Below, in pieces: positions 46,794 to 57,051 of a stretch of DNA of 64,000 nucleotides. The notes under the pieces were generated by a model. That model did not search any database and was not told where the DNA came from. It saw only the letters and a list, made by a program, of their open reading frames with translations. Position numbers and translations under genes: made by a program. Each line of letters begins with the position of its first letter. The stretch's first letter is position 1. Origin of the DNA: a virus (Duplodnaviria; Heunggongvirae; Uroviricota; Caudoviricetes); IMG/VR virus record IMGVR_UViG_3300028886_000034, positions 54,081-118,080 of that record; one strand, written 5' to 3'.

Positions 46794-47156
46794 CTATTTT
46801 TCCTCAGTAGTATATGTTTTTATAGTTATGTGAATAACAGGCATAGATACCATATCTGGAGAAATACACACAATCTTGATTGCTTGGCCTACTATATAAT
46901 CTGTTTGAGCAGTATAATTGTCAATATCTACCTTATGGTAGAAGTTATCAAAAATTGTACAAATTGTAGATATTAGAACATCTTTATTAGTCTCATTAAG
47001 TTGCTCATACATTGAATTAAAATATTCTTTGTCTGCAATATAACCGGTGGTATCAATAAAAAACAATTGCTTAAATCCAACGGCTAAATTACAAAGAGAA
47101 AATTTGTATTCATCTTCAATAGTAGTAACTACAGATACTGTTTTAGTAGTTTTCAT
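46794..47156 (-). CDS. hypothetical protein (120 aa)
   Basis: A GGAGG Shine-Dalgarno precedes the ATG at 47156 on the minus strand. Confidence 0.45.
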   Translation of the reverse strand: MKTTKTVSVVTTIEDEYKFSLCNLAVGFKQLFFIDTTGYIADKEYFNSMYEQLNETNKDVLISTICTIFDNFYHKVDIDNYTAQTDYIVGQAIKIVCISPDMVSMPVIHITIKTYTTEEK

Positions 47157-47213
47157 ACGAAGTCTACCTCCTTCCATCATTAGCTAATATTTTACCACGT
47201 CATTTTCAGTTGG

Positions 47214-47411
47214 TCAAGAGGTTTCTATTTCTTTCCAAGAAATAACTTCATTTTCGGTAAGCCATCCGAATGCCATGGTATGGTATACATTACAATTTAG
47301 ATCCTTGCTGAAATGCATCCATGCAAGATCTTTCATTGGTATATATTTAGTACCATCGTACCATAAAAATTTAACCTGAACTCCTTTTTCTATGTAGTCA
47401 TCTTCTCGCAT
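47214..47411 (-). CDS. small hypothetical protein (65 aa)
   Basis: GAGGAA precedes the ATG at 47411. The start overlaps the upstream stop. Confidence 0.35.
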   Translation of the reverse strand: MREDDYIEKGVQVKFLWYDGTKYIPMKDLAWMHFSKDLNCNVYHTMAFGWLTENEVISWKEIETS

Positions 47412-47604
47412 TTTTATATTCCTCAATATAGAAATCGATAATGTTTGGAATGTGATCGAAAAGTTTAACTGGAGATACATCAATACCGATATTTTTATAT
47501 GCAACATTATTTTCTTTTAAATACTGATCAAGCTCACGTTTAGCCTTTTCAGTAAGATGATAATAATCACCATCATTACACCAAAGTTCATAAAACATTT
47601 GCAT
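47398..47604 (-). CDS. small hypothetical protein (68 aa)
   Basis: GGGAGGTG precedes the ATG at 47604. Confidence 0.4.
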   Translation of the reverse strand: MQMFYELWCNDGDYYHLTEKAKRELDQYLKENNVAYKNIGIDVSPVKLFDHIPNIIDFYIEEYKNARR

Positions 47605-47659
47605 CACCTCCCTAAGGTATGAAATGATTATAGCATAGGGATTTATGCTGTCAAGAACC

Positions 47660-47702
47660 AAAAAGAAAAAGAGCAACCATAATGGAGGGTTACTCTTTTT
47701 TC
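47660..47702. terminator. bidirectional hairpin terminator at the edge of GC island 2
   Basis: The stem AAGAGCAACC/GGGTTACTCTT has one mismatch and is flanked by an A-run and a T-run. Confidence 0.55.
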
Positions 47703-47711
47703 TTTGCTGTA

Positions 47712-48290
47712 CTAGGAGCGGGAGATAATCTCCTGTACAGCTTTGAGGACTCGCGCCAGCTTGCCCTCAAACCCGGTGGAATTATCCACCACGATGACAC
47801 CGGGCACATCGTGGTAAGCCATTCGAGTCTTGTGTTCCAGTCGAATGGCATTTTCCGCATTACCCTTCCTAGCAGGGTTGTTAGCGGTAGTGTAACAGTT
47901 AGTGCCAACCGCTGCGGATACTAGATGGATGAAACCGTTATAACGACGAACAACCTCATCCATCGAAAGGTTGCTCATCGTAAGGAGTTCCCGGAACTCA
48001 TCTGACGTAACATACGCCATCTGGTCCAGGAGGGAGCGGTCGCACAGCACAACCGAACGGTCATACTGTGCGGCCTCCTCTATTGCACGGTGCTCAAGCA
48101 GAAGCTGGCGCTGGAACACCTTCTTCTGGAATGAGAACGTTCCAGGAGAGTTCCCTTCCAGGATAACCTCCGTGGCTGCCTCTGGTGCGACAACTACGGT
48201 CCAGCCATGGAGTCTATCCCGAAGGTACTCCATGGCACTGCTCTTTCCCCCACAAGGACCACCTGTGAGGGCGATTTTGACCATCTTCAT
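47712..48290 (-). CDS. P-loop NTPase/kinase of the AAA_28 (NadR-like nucleoside kinase) type (192 aa), GC-rich
   Basis: AAGGAGG precedes the ATG at 48290. It carries Walker A IALTGGPCGGKSS, followed by the VVAPEAATEV-type segment typical of small P-loop kinases. Confidence 0.6.
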   Translation of the reverse strand: MKMVKIALTGGPCGGKSSAMEYLRDRLHGWTVVVAPEAATEVILEGNSPGTFSFQKKVFQRQLLLEHRAIEEAAQYDRSVVLCDRSLLDQMAYVTSDEFRELLTMSNLSMDEVVRRYNGFIHLVSAAVGTNCYTTANNPARKGNAENAIRLEHKTRMAYHDVPGVIVVDNSTGFEGKLARVLKAVQEIISRS

Positions 48291-48372
48291 GATGGCCTCC
48301 TTTCTCCCCCTAAGTGGGGGTAAAAACAATCCCCCTCCCCGAGCATAGGAAGGGGAATTAAACTAGACTGAG

Positions 48373-48834
48373 TTAGCCCTGGATTGCCAGGGCTCGGTTT
48401 TTATACCGCTTGTCCTCAGTCACCTCGGCCCCGAACCAGGCCGGAGGCACGAACTTCTGTGCCTCGGCCTCAGAGCCGAATTCTACCTCGACCACTTTGA
48501 GGTGGTTGAGGCGACCATGGTACAGGTCTACCTCATACCCTTCGGCAGTCAGGTAGCGAGTTTTGCTGATGGTGCGGTCGCCAGCCACACTAATTAGCTC
48601 CTTAAATTGCGCGGAGGTGATTGGCACCTCGACTTCCGCTCGACACAGGCCGGTGCCAGCCTTGATGGTAAGGAAGAATTCCTCACCATCATTCGAAGTG
48701 CGGCGGCGAACCCGCGCTTCGTTTTTGCCCTCTAGGAGCACGTAACCCTGTAGGATTTCGTACTCCTTAATCACATTGAGGGAGAAGGGCACTGCTCCCT
48801 CAATGAGGAACTTGCGTTCCACTTCCATGGTCAT
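48373..48834 (-). CDS. CYTH-domain protein (triphosphate tunnel metalloenzyme / CyaB-like, 153 aa), GC-rich
   Basis: GGAGGTG precedes the ATG at 48834. The N-terminal signature MEVERKFLI is the ExExK motif of CYTH. A later segment reads ARVRRR...EFFLTIK. Confidence 0.6.
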   Translation of the reverse strand: MTMEVERKFLIEGAVPFSLNVIKEYEILQGYVLLEGKNEARVRRRTSNDGEEFFLTIKAGTGLCRAEVEVPITSAQFKELISVAGDRTISKTRYLTAEGYEVDLYHGRLNHLKVVEVEFGSEAEAQKFVPPAWFGAEVTEDKRYKNRALAIQG

Positions 48835-49111
48835 CACCTCCAGTGATATGTTTCTGGCCCCATGGACTTGGCCTGGGAATTCCTGTGGGAGATTCACTTT
48901 ATAGTGAATTGAGACCCATCTGTTCCCGAATAGTATTATATACATACAAATTTTAACCTATTAGATAAATACAGTTAATTCTAGTGACTGGATTATTTTT
49001 AGTATTTGGTACAAAACTAATTCTTAAAAAATTTTGAACAAATCTTAGGGTATACTAACACAGAAAGTAGTCTCCCTATATTATACATTATAGAGAGGAG
49101 ATTATATACTA

Positions 49112-50140
49112 ATGATCAAGTTTTTATTTGATGCGTATAAGCATATAGAAGATATAGTTACTAAGTTTGGAGAATTTGATTTTTTAGTACCAGTATTGTG
49201 TGAGTCTATAAATGCTCAATTAGATAAAGGTATTCAAGTTAAGCATTTTAACTTTATGAAAAGAAACTTACCGGTAGTTTATGATAAAGAGAATAATAAA
49301 ATATATATTAATTATAGTTTTATAGACATAACTACTCCTATAGTTAAAAAGATGAATATCTTTAATACTGAAAAAGATAACTTTAAATCTATATTTAAGA
49401 AAGAATATGCAGATATATTATCTGGCTTATTATATTATGCTATTCATTCTTATAATATTCATAATAGAGGTATCTTAGCTAAAAATCCAATTACTTTAAA
49501 TTGGTATAAACAATTCTTTTATATGTTATTTTATACTTTTAAAGATCCAAAAGATAAAAATATTTTTTCTAATAGAGTTAATACCGTTACAGCTAAACAA
49601 TTTGCAGAACTTTTTTATAGGCCATATCTTCAAATCATACTTCAATACTATGAAGCAGTAGCTAATAAAGGTTTACATTTTAGTGAAGATCAAGAAAAGA
49701 AATTAGACTTTATGTTTAATCAATTGAAAGATCAAATTAAAATGAAACTATCAGAATCAGGATTATCCCAATTTGAGCTAGAATATTATGATAAATTCTA
49801 TATCAAATTCTTACAAGATTTTAACAGATGCTTTAGAAATAATACTACTTTAGTATTGAGACATGATTCTCATTTTATGGATATTCAAGATTTTAATTGT
49901 TTAAATTTAAGAAGTTTAACTAGTGCATATTATCATACTGCGCCTTATATGGGTATAATGGTTGATGATAGTGATGAAGGAGTTAAACATAAATACCCAT
50001 GTCCTCCTTTTTCAGAATTATATAATACCTCTGAAGTATTAGCAGTAACTCTTGGATGTGGTGTTTATGAATATAAAAAGTTGAAATCTGTAGAAGATTT
50101 ACAAATGTTAGCTGCAAGGGGTATTGCTTTATTAACTTAA
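49112..50140 (+). CDS. hypothetical protein (342 aa)
   Basis: An AGAGGAG Shine-Dalgarno precedes it. Confidence 0.6.
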   Translation: MIKFLFDAYKHIEDIVTKFGEFDFLVPVLCESINAQLDKGIQVKHFNFMKRNLPVVYDKENNKIYINYSFIDITTPIVKKMNIFNTEKDNFKSIFKKEYADILSGLLYYAIHSYNIHNRGILAKNPITLNWYKQFFYMLFYTFKDPKDKNIFSNRVNTVTAKQFAELFYRPYLQIILQYYEAVANKGLHFSEDQEKKLDFMFNQLKDQIKMKLSESGLSQFELEYYDKFYIKFLQDFNRCFRNNTTLVLRHDSHFMDIQDFNCLNLRSLTSAYYHTAPYMGIMVDDSDEGVKHKYPCPPFSELYNTSEVLAVTLGCGVYEYKKLKSVEDLQMLAARGIALLT

Positions 50141-50145
50141 GTTTA

Positions 50146-50195
50146 AAAAGTCTCTTCCATTAATATTTTACATGTTGTGGAAGAGACTTTTTTAT
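50146..50195 (+). terminator. rho-independent terminator
   Basis: A 12-bp stem AAGTCTCTTCCA/TGGAAGAGACTT is followed by a T6 run. Confidence 0.7.
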
Positions 50196-50237
50196 ATTTA
50201 GCAGCAAACATTTATTTACAAGGAGATGGTATAGACC

Positions 50238-52472
50238 ATGGCTTCTAGTATAAGTAGTGGCTGGCCTGGTGTTAGAGTTAAGATAGTTGATAATTCTCAG
50301 TATGTAGAGGCATTATCAAGTAATCTTATTGGTTTTATTTGCATTAATAGTGAAAAGGGTCCTGATAACACCCCCAGATTAACAACTTCAGCATCTGATT
50401 TTATCAGAACTTATGGTAGCCCTGATAGCTCCAGATTTGGCCAAGGCGGATATGTTGCCCTTCAGTATTTAAAGACTCTTAGTAATCTTTATGTTATGAG
50501 AGTTCTTCCTGATGATGCAACTTATGCATTTAAGGCTTTAAAGCTTTCAGCTAATCCTACTACAGTTGTTACCAGATATGAAGTTGATGAAGCTGGTAAT
50601 AAAACTGAAATTAAGGAAGTTGATACTACTAAGGGTGTGTTAGTTTCTCAGGAAGATTTAGCTTCAAAGAGTTTAGATGAAATTATTTCTGAAAATGAAG
50701 GTAGCTCATTAATTATTCCTGAAGCTGTTAGTATCAATTATACTATTGATCCTACAGTTAAGTTATATGGAGCTAGATCTGAATCTGAAAAATCAACTGG
50801 TTCTGATAGAGCTGGCGGAGAAACTGTTGTAACTTCAATGAATCCTTCTTCATCCAGTGTTGAAATGGTTGGATTTAAATTTACTGGTAAATCCTTTGCT
50901 GGTAATTTTGTTAATACTGAGGTTATTCAGGTTAGTAATTCAGTTTTTGAAGATCTTTCTCAGGCATATTCATCTACAGCTAATTTTGATGTAATTGAAT
51001 ATGATTCAACTGATCCTGAAACTTCTATTGATGATTCTGAAGCTAAAGCTATAACTATTGTTGAAACTACAGAAACTACTAATAATTATAGCTTTGTTGA
51101 TTCAGAGTTAAGTGAGTTCCATTCAGTTGCCGAAATGGACTATCCACTTAGTAATGGGACTGTTGATATGGTTCTTTATCCTTATGGTAGAGGAGAATAC
51201 TATAATAATATTGGTTATAAGATTACTAAGGCTAGAAAGTCTTATGATGGCGCTTTTGTTCTTGATATCTATACTAAGAGTAAAGATTCAGCTTATCCTT
51301 CATTAGTTGAATCATTTATTGTTTCTTTTGATAGAAATGCCACAGATTCTTCTGGTGCTTCTTTATTTATTGAAGATGTTCTTGATAGATATTCTGAGTA
51401 TCTTAGATGCAAAGTTAATGATAATATAATGATTAGTGAAGATACAGAAGAAGAGGATGCTGATGGTAATATTACAGTAGTTTCTAATAGCTATGATGAA
51501 TTAGCTATGGCTGATATTGAATATTTATCTGGTGGTTCTGATGGTGCTATCTATACTAAATCAGGTGCTTTAGACTGGAATAAAATGACGGGTCCTATGA
51601 TTAAGGCTTACACAGGTGTGCTTACTAATCCTGAAGTAGATGTAAGTTCTGAGGAAGCTTTATCAAATGGATTCATTACTGATACTGAGGACTTTGATAT
51701 CAGCGTAGTGTTTGATGCAGGTTATCCAACTGCAGTTAAAGATGCTATTATAGAATTGTGCAATAAGAGAGATACCTGCTTTGGTATTCTTGATAATGGT
51801 ATCTATACTGAAAGTGGTAATAAAAATGCTAAGGACGCTATTACTAAGAGATTAACTGATCATAACTGGAGTAATTATAGAGCTGCATTATATGAGCCTT
51901 ATACTAAGATCTACGATGCCTATACTGGTAAGAATATTTGGATGACTCCTATATATCATGTTACTGATTTAATGGTCAGAACAGCCAGAGATTATGATAT
52001 ATTCTGGGCATTTGCTGGTTTACGTAGAGGCGCAGTGTCTACAAGTATTCAGCAGTATAGATATCTCTTACAGGGTGGTTATAGAGACCAATTTAAAGAT
52101 GATGAGCTGAATCCTATTGTTAGATTTACCAATGGCGGAGATGTTCTTTGGGGTAATTGGACTACCCAGCAGACTCCATCAGCTCTTAAAAATGTTCATG
52201 TCGTTCTTTGCTTACAGTATATCCAGAGAACTCTTGAAAGAAATCTTAAGCAGTATGTTTATGAGTTTAATGATGAGTATACGTATGCTCTTATTAAGAA
52301 CTCTGTTAATAATTTCTTATCAGAGCTCCAGTCTCAGAGAGCTTTAGAAAGCTTCTCAGTCAGTGTTACTGCTACAGAATATCAGAAGAGAAATAATCAG
52401 TGCCAGGTTGATATTAACCTTAAGGTTACTGGTGTTATTGAAATTATTAATGTTTCTCTTAATGTTCAGTAA
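50238..52472 (+). CDS. contractile tail sheath protein (744 aa)
   Basis: The N-terminus SGWPGVRVKIVDNS...IGFICINSEKGPDNTPRLTTSASDFIRTYGSP follows the pattern conserved in the sheath N-terminus. The size fits and a small gene follows. Confidence 0.55.
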   Translation: MASSISSGWPGVRVKIVDNSQYVEALSSNLIGFICINSEKGPDNTPRLTTSASDFIRTYGSPDSSRFGQGGYVALQYLKTLSNLYVMRVLPDDATYAFKALKLSANPTTVVTRYEVDEAGNKTEIKEVDTTKGVLVSQEDLASKSLDEIISENEGSSLIIPEAVSINYTIDPTVKLYGARSESEKSTGSDRAGGETVVTSMNPSSSSVEMVGFKFTGKSFAGNFVNTEVIQVSNSVFEDLSQAYSSTANFDVIEYDSTDPETSIDDSEAKAITIVETTETTNNYSFVDSELSEFHSVAEMDYPLSNGTVDMVLYPYGRGEYYNNIGYKITKARKSYDGAFVLDIYTKSKDSAYPSLVESFIVSFDRNATDSSGASLFIEDVLDRYSEYLRCKVNDNIMISEDTEEEDADGNITVVSNSYDELAMADIEYLSGGSDGAIYTKSGALDWNKMTGPMIKAYTGVLTNPEVDVSSEEALSNGFITDTEDFDISVVFDAGYPTAVKDAIIELCNKRDTCFGILDNGIYTESGNKNAKDAITKRLTDHNWSNYRAALYEPYTKIYDAYTGKNIWMTPIYHVTDLMVRTARDYDIFWAFAGLRRGAVSTSIQQYRYLLQGGYRDQFKDDELNPIVRFTNGGDVLWGNWTTQQTPSALKNVHVVLCLQYIQRTLERNLKQYVYEFNDEYTYALIKNSVNNFLSELQSQRALESFSVSVTATEYQKRNNQCQVDINLKVTGVIEIINVSLNVQ

Positions 52473-52500
52473 TATATAAGGGAAGGTGAAAATATAAAAT

Positions 52501-53205
52501 ATGCCTATTAATCCTTTTATAAATAATTTAGGTTTCAACAAATATAATTACTCAGATAGAATGAGGAGAATGTTCGGTGGAGAAAAGACATTTATTGATC
52601 CATATACTACAGGATATCATTTTGTCTACTTCTTCCCACCGGATACAATTGGACAGGAAGTTGGCCAGTTCTTAACGACTGTTTGTCAGTCAGTTACCAT
52701 TCCAAATTATACTGTTCAGGCTATTGAGTATACTGGTTTAAATGGTATGAAATGGGAAGTTCCTGGATTAGTTACATTGAATCAGCAGACGTTTGATTGC
52801 ACCTTTACTGAAATGGCCGGATTACCTATTACTCAGATTATGGGTAGATGGGTTACCATCTTCAGGAATGTTCTTTATGGTATCTCTGACCCCTCAGCTC
52901 AGAATACATATTCTCAGGGCGCTTATAAGGGTAAAGCAGTTTATGCGACTACTCTTCCTGATGGATTAACAGTTCAGTTTGCAGCTGTATTTACTGGTGT
53001 TTTCCCACTTAGTATTCCTACTGATAAATTTGGATCGGATGTTACAAATCATGATAAGGTTGAGCATTCAATTTCGTTCAGCTTTGATCAGATGCTTACA
53101 GGAACTGCTGCTGAATCTTATGCTAGAACTCTTGTTCAGAGCACTAGAAGTGCTGGTATTACCCTTTCTGACAATATCTATGCTCAGGAGACTTCTAGTA
53201 ACTAA
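52501..53205 (+). CDS. putative tail tube protein (234 aa)
   Basis: The call rests on position immediately downstream of the sheath gene and on size, with no further support. Confidence 0.35.
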   Translation: MPINPFINNLGFNKYNYSDRMRRMFGGEKTFIDPYTTGYHFVYFFPPDTIGQEVGQFLTTVCQSVTIPNYTVQAIEYTGLNGMKWEVPGLVTLNQQTFDCTFTEMAGLPITQIMGRWVTIFRNVLYGISDPSAQNTYSQGAYKGKAVYATTLPDGLTVQFAAVFTGVFPLSIPTDKFGSDVTNHDKVEHSISFSFDQMLTGTAAESYARTLVQSTRSAGITLSDNIYAQETSSN

Positions 53206-53223
53206 GTTTATTGATAATAATAT

Positions 53224-53260
53224 AAAAAATACAGCCCCTTTCGGGGTTGTATTTTTTTTT
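53224..53260. terminator. bidirectional terminator between convergent genes
   Basis: The stem TACAGCCCC/GGGGTTGTA is flanked by an A6 run and a T10 run. Confidence 0.7.
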
Positions 53261-54123
53261 TACTTTAGTAAATCGCCGCCAACATCTACTATATCTTCAG
53301 CTTTATTACTTCTAGTTGTATTGAGCATAAATAAGATACTTAATAACCATCCCTTTATAATAGATATAAAGCCTAAAAATATACCTGAAACCATAGCCCC
53401 TATTGCTAATGGAGTATATGATTTATCAGCAAGATATTGTAGTGCAGCATCGCTGTTAGGTATTCCTAATGCACCAAATAATCCACTAAATCTAGCCTTT
53501 GCAAATTCTGAAGCACTAAATCCACCGGCTTTTAATGAAGCGTATCCTAATAAAAAAGGTATTAATGTTATGACGACAAATATTAGCATTGAGCTTAAAG
53601 TAAATAATATAGGGTGCTTAACGGTTTTTCGAATATAGGAGTTTAATTTAGATACTTTGTTTTGCCCGATTATCTTCCAATATAAAAATCTTGTCATAAC
53701 TCCCCAAGCCAAAATCCAGCTAACAATTTTACCTCTTCCTGCCTCTCTATTCATAGAGTAGGTTATCCAAGATGCTTCAATACATCCAACTCTAAACTCT
53801 TCTGGTAAATTTTTAGAAGAAAATTTTTTACGAAGATTTTTATCTATAAGCTTTTTAATTTCTTCATCATTATCAGTATTTCGAATCTTATTAACATCCT
53901 GCATCCATTCGCTATCGTTAATTCCAGGAGTTTGTTTTGATGCTTTAGAAAGCTTTTTTAGTCCATCTGTACAGAGTTTTTTAATTGAATCCATTGTTGT
54001 GCCTTCTGAAAAATTCTGACTATAAAACTTTATAGCTCTGTTTAGATTTTCAGCATTATCTATATATGGAAATTTATTAGTATAATTATCATATACTTCT
54101 TTTAATATAAGTTTTTTATTCAT
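53260..54123 (-). CDS. membrane-anchored protein, paralog family member 1 (287 aa)
   Basis: It shares an N-terminal region with 55775 and 57052: KFPYID..., KKLCTDGLKKLSK, NLPEEF.VGCIE..WITY..NREAGRGK.VS.ILAW.V..RF.Y.K, then hydrophobic helices. Confidence 0.6.
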   Translation of the reverse strand: MNKKLILKEVYDNYTNKFPYIDNAENLNRAIKFYSQNFSEGTTMDSIKKLCTDGLKKLSKASKQTPGINDSEWMQDVNKIRNTDNDEEIKKLIDKNLRKKFSSKNLPEEFRVGCIEASWITYSMNREAGRGKIVSWILAWGVMTRFLYWKIIGQNKVSKLNSYIRKTVKHPILFTLSSMLIFVVITLIPFLLGYASLKAGGFSASEFAKARFSGLFGALGIPNSDAALQYLADKSYTPLAIGAMVSGIFLGFISIIKGWLLSILFMLNTTRSNKAEDIVDVGGDLLK

Positions 54124-55469
54124 GGAAATATCACACTCCTTTTATTTAAATTTAGAAAGTTATAATAATAGCTTTCAGACACTGCGGCTGGTTGAGCTTG
54201 TGTAGGAATCCAACCGGAAATTTTTTCCTTAACAGCATTTCCAAATTTACCTAAAGCTCTTTTTAATCTACCCACTGTTACTTTATATTGCCTTTTACCC
54301 ACAGTTTTAGCTCTTTTTAAAGTTCTAACAATCTGACCCTTTAAAGTAAAGTCTACGTATTCCCCAGTTTTAATATTTCTACCAGTTTCATCAAACAAAT
54401 CTGGCCGAAGATTGTGAAGAATGTAGTTAGCTCTAACTAAATTGTGTGGATGTAAAACGCCGATACCTGAAGCATATAGACCATAAATTAACCTAGTTAT
54501 CCTACCTGGATAAACAGGGACTCCTTTTACATACCTAACTGGTTTAGTTTTTAAAAAGGTTTCTTTATCTTTTTTAAATTTGGAAAGCATTTTTTGATAA
54601 TATCGTCTTTCCTTATTATTCTTAGCTGATTTTAACATTTCTTCAAATTGAGGAATCGTATCGTCAATTACCTTCAATGTTCGTTCAACTATACTTTTTT
54701 CATATTTATCGTAATTGCGCTTATTAGAAAAACTCATATCTTTGTTAAAATGATTATATACCCCTTGTGCAATTTTAATAGCTCTAGAATCAGATACATG
54801 GTCCTTCATTCCAGCTGAGATCCACGCACCAATATGATCTGCTTGTAACTCTTGTGATAATTCAGCAGGTTTAAGGTCCTTTGTAATTGGATCTGGTTCC
54901 ACCCAATTTGATTTACCATAATCACCTAATGCAGCATGGCCTAATTCGTGCCCCACAGTAAATTTATCAGGAGAATTTATCATTACAAAATCTATCATAT
55001 CAGACTTATCATGATTTACTCTAGCATAATTCCCATTTTTATCCTTAAAACTTTGGTGAATTAAATTATATGCTCTATCATACGGACTAGATTTTATATA
55101 AGTATTATTAAATATATTATATATTTGGCCTTCTTCATTTTTATCAAAAAATTTATGTAGTATACTTCCTGGTCCACCTTTCTTATCTTTAAAAAATTTA
55201 GCCCTATCAAGAAAATTTAATGTAGATAATATTTGTAAAACATTTTTCTTATCTTTATTACTGAATACCGCTAGGCCACCGTCAGAACCAGATCTAGTTA
55301 TCATAGCTTGTTTTCCTAATCTCATACCTTTCTTCTGAGCATATTGTCTAAGTTTTCCTAAAGTATTCATAGAAATATGCCTTGGAGATCCTACTACTCT
55401 ACTATAGGCAACTAATGGATCTGCTCCGTTATTAATTTCTTTAGCAAACTTAAGTGCTACCCTCATCAT
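54120..55469 (-). CDS. putative zinc metallopeptidase (HExxH, 449 aa)
   Basis: It carries the motif FTVGHELGHAALGDYG. Confidence 0.5.
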   Translation of the reverse strand: MMRVALKFAKEINNGADPLVAYSRVVGSPRHISMNTLGKLRQYAQKKGMRLGKQAMITRSGSDGGLAVFSNKDKKNVLQILSTLNFLDRAKFFKDKKGGPGSILHKFFDKNEEGQIYNIFNNTYIKSSPYDRAYNLIHQSFKDKNGNYARVNHDKSDMIDFVMINSPDKFTVGHELGHAALGDYGKSNWVEPDPITKDLKPAELSQELQADHIGAWISAGMKDHVSDSRAIKIAQGVYNHFNKDMSFSNKRNYDKYEKSIVERTLKVIDDTIPQFEEMLKSAKNNKERRYYQKMLSKFKKDKETFLKTKPVRYVKGVPVYPGRITRLIYGLYASGIGVLHPHNLVRANYILHNLRPDLFDETGRNIKTGEYVDFTLKGQIVRTLKRAKTVGKRQYKVTVGRLKRALGKFGNAVKEKISGWIPTQAQPAAVSESYYYNFLNLNKRSVIFP

Positions 55470-55774
55470 TTGCTTTGATGGTTTTCTAAATACTCCAACT
55501 TCACTAAGTAACTTATCCCTAGATATTTCTTTTTTTAAAATTTCTCGATTTAAATATTGATTTATTGCTGTAATTTCAGAAAGAAGTTTAGTTCTTTTGA
55601 TGGTATAATTTCGTATTGTTTTTTTATAAATTTCTAATCACCACCTTGTTGTATAGTTATGCACGAGATACCGTTGATCTATGTCTTGGTAACAACGCAG
55701 CTCTAAGTTTTCTAGAAGCTAGTTTTTGAGCTCTAGGACCTTTTTTCCATTAGCTTCGTTGTATAAATAAAATT

Positions 55775-56959
55775 TTATATTGCAGGTGCTAATCCATTAG
55801 AATTAGTTGTAGGAGGCATTAAATTAGAAAGTTTTGTTTTATATTGCTGTTTTAATTGACCTAACTTATTACGAGCAGCTGTAGCGGTATGTACTGTGCG
55901 ATTAATTAAATTATATGTTCTTGGATTTGTCCTTTTTAAATTTTCTGGTTGGCGTATATAGGCAGATACTAAATCTGATCCATACAATCTAATTAAAGGC
56001 CAAAATACAGCATAATTTGCTGCATATAAACTTTGTGGTAATGCTGACGGCATTAATGGACCTGAAGCATCTCCAGAAAGACCAGGGGTTAAATCATAAA
56101 AATTTTTTTCTGCATTATGGTATTGAAAATTAAAAGGGTTATAGTATCCTCCCATAGAGCCAAGTTTTTGTCTTATATTATAATAACGATCTGATAATCC
56201 TTCAGAAAGATCGACATCTACAACCCCTGTACTAGCAGTACTTCTAGTTTTATTTAATTCAAATAAAGTTTGCATCATAAATTTATACATTGCTTGAAGT
56301 ATAGATACAGCACCTATTGAAGTTAAAGTTAAACCTGCTAAAGTTCCAGTGACTGGTAACGAATACGGTGTAGTTGTAATTGTTGCATATCCTAATAAAA
56401 AAGGTATTAAATTTACTACTAAATTTATTAAAGAAGAACCTAATGTAAATAGTATAGGTTGTTTTATAGTTTTTTCTATGTAAGAAGTTAACTTAGATAA
56501 TTTATTTTGTTTAAATATTTTCCAATATAAGAATCTTACTATAACTGCCCATGCTAAAATATAACTAACAACTTTACCTCTACCTGCTTGTCTATTTAAA
56601 GCATAAGTAATCCATCCAGATTCGTAGCATCCTATAACGAAATCTTCTGGTAAATTTTTAGCTGAAAACTTTTTTCTAATTTCTCTATCAATAATCTTTT
56701 TTACTTCTTTATCAGAAGTACTATTTTTTATTTTTTCGATATCATCTCTCCAAGAACTATCAGTAACAATTTTATTTTTAGTTATTTTACTTAAGCCATC
56801 TTTACATAATTTTTCAAGTGATTCCTTAGAAGGAATGACATTTTCTGAGAAGTATCTATTATAATATTTATTGGATATTTCATAAATTTCCTGTGATTCA
56901 ATATATGGAAATTTATCTTTAACACTAGAGTGTATTTCTTTAAAAATATAATTGTTCAT
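55775..56959 (-). CDS. membrane-anchored protein, paralog family member 2 (394 aa)
   Basis: It shares the same conserved N-terminal region as 53260 and 57052. Confidence 0.6.
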   Translation of the reverse strand: MNNYIFKEIHSSVKDKFPYIESQEIYEISNKYYNRYFSENVIPSKESLEKLCKDGLSKITKNKIVTDSSWRDDIEKIKNSTSDKEVKKIIDREIRKKFSAKNLPEDFVIGCYESGWITYALNRQAGRGKVVSYILAWAVIVRFLYWKIFKQNKLSKLTSYIEKTIKQPILFTLGSSLINLVVNLIPFLLGYATITTTPYSLPVTGTLAGLTLTSIGAVSILQAMYKFMMQTLFELNKTRSTASTGVVDVDLSEGLSDRYYNIRQKLGSMGGYYNPFNFQYHNAEKNFYDLTPGLSGDASGPLMPSALPQSLYAANYAVFWPLIRLYGSDLVSAYIRQPENLKRTNPRTYNLINRTVHTATAARNKLGQLKQQYKTKLSNLMPPTTNSNGLAPAI

Positions 56960-57051
56960 TAATACACCTCTTTTTTAGAAGAAAATCGACTCTGAGGAGA
57001 GTATGCATAGCTCTCTCTCCATCAGAGTCGATATCATGGGTTTTTTAATAT

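Noticed and set aside
28790-48960. GC-rich islands as assembly chimeras rather than biology
   Set aside because: This cannot be excluded from sequence alone. It is kept as a finding because both islands are bounded by terminators, carry phage-like Shine-Dalgarno and promoter contexts, and sit at strand-switch junctions. Read-level validation is needed.
52979-53638. 219-aa plus-strand ORF
   Set aside because: It runs through the bidirectional terminator at 53224-53260 and is antisense to the well-supported minus-strand gene 53260-54123.
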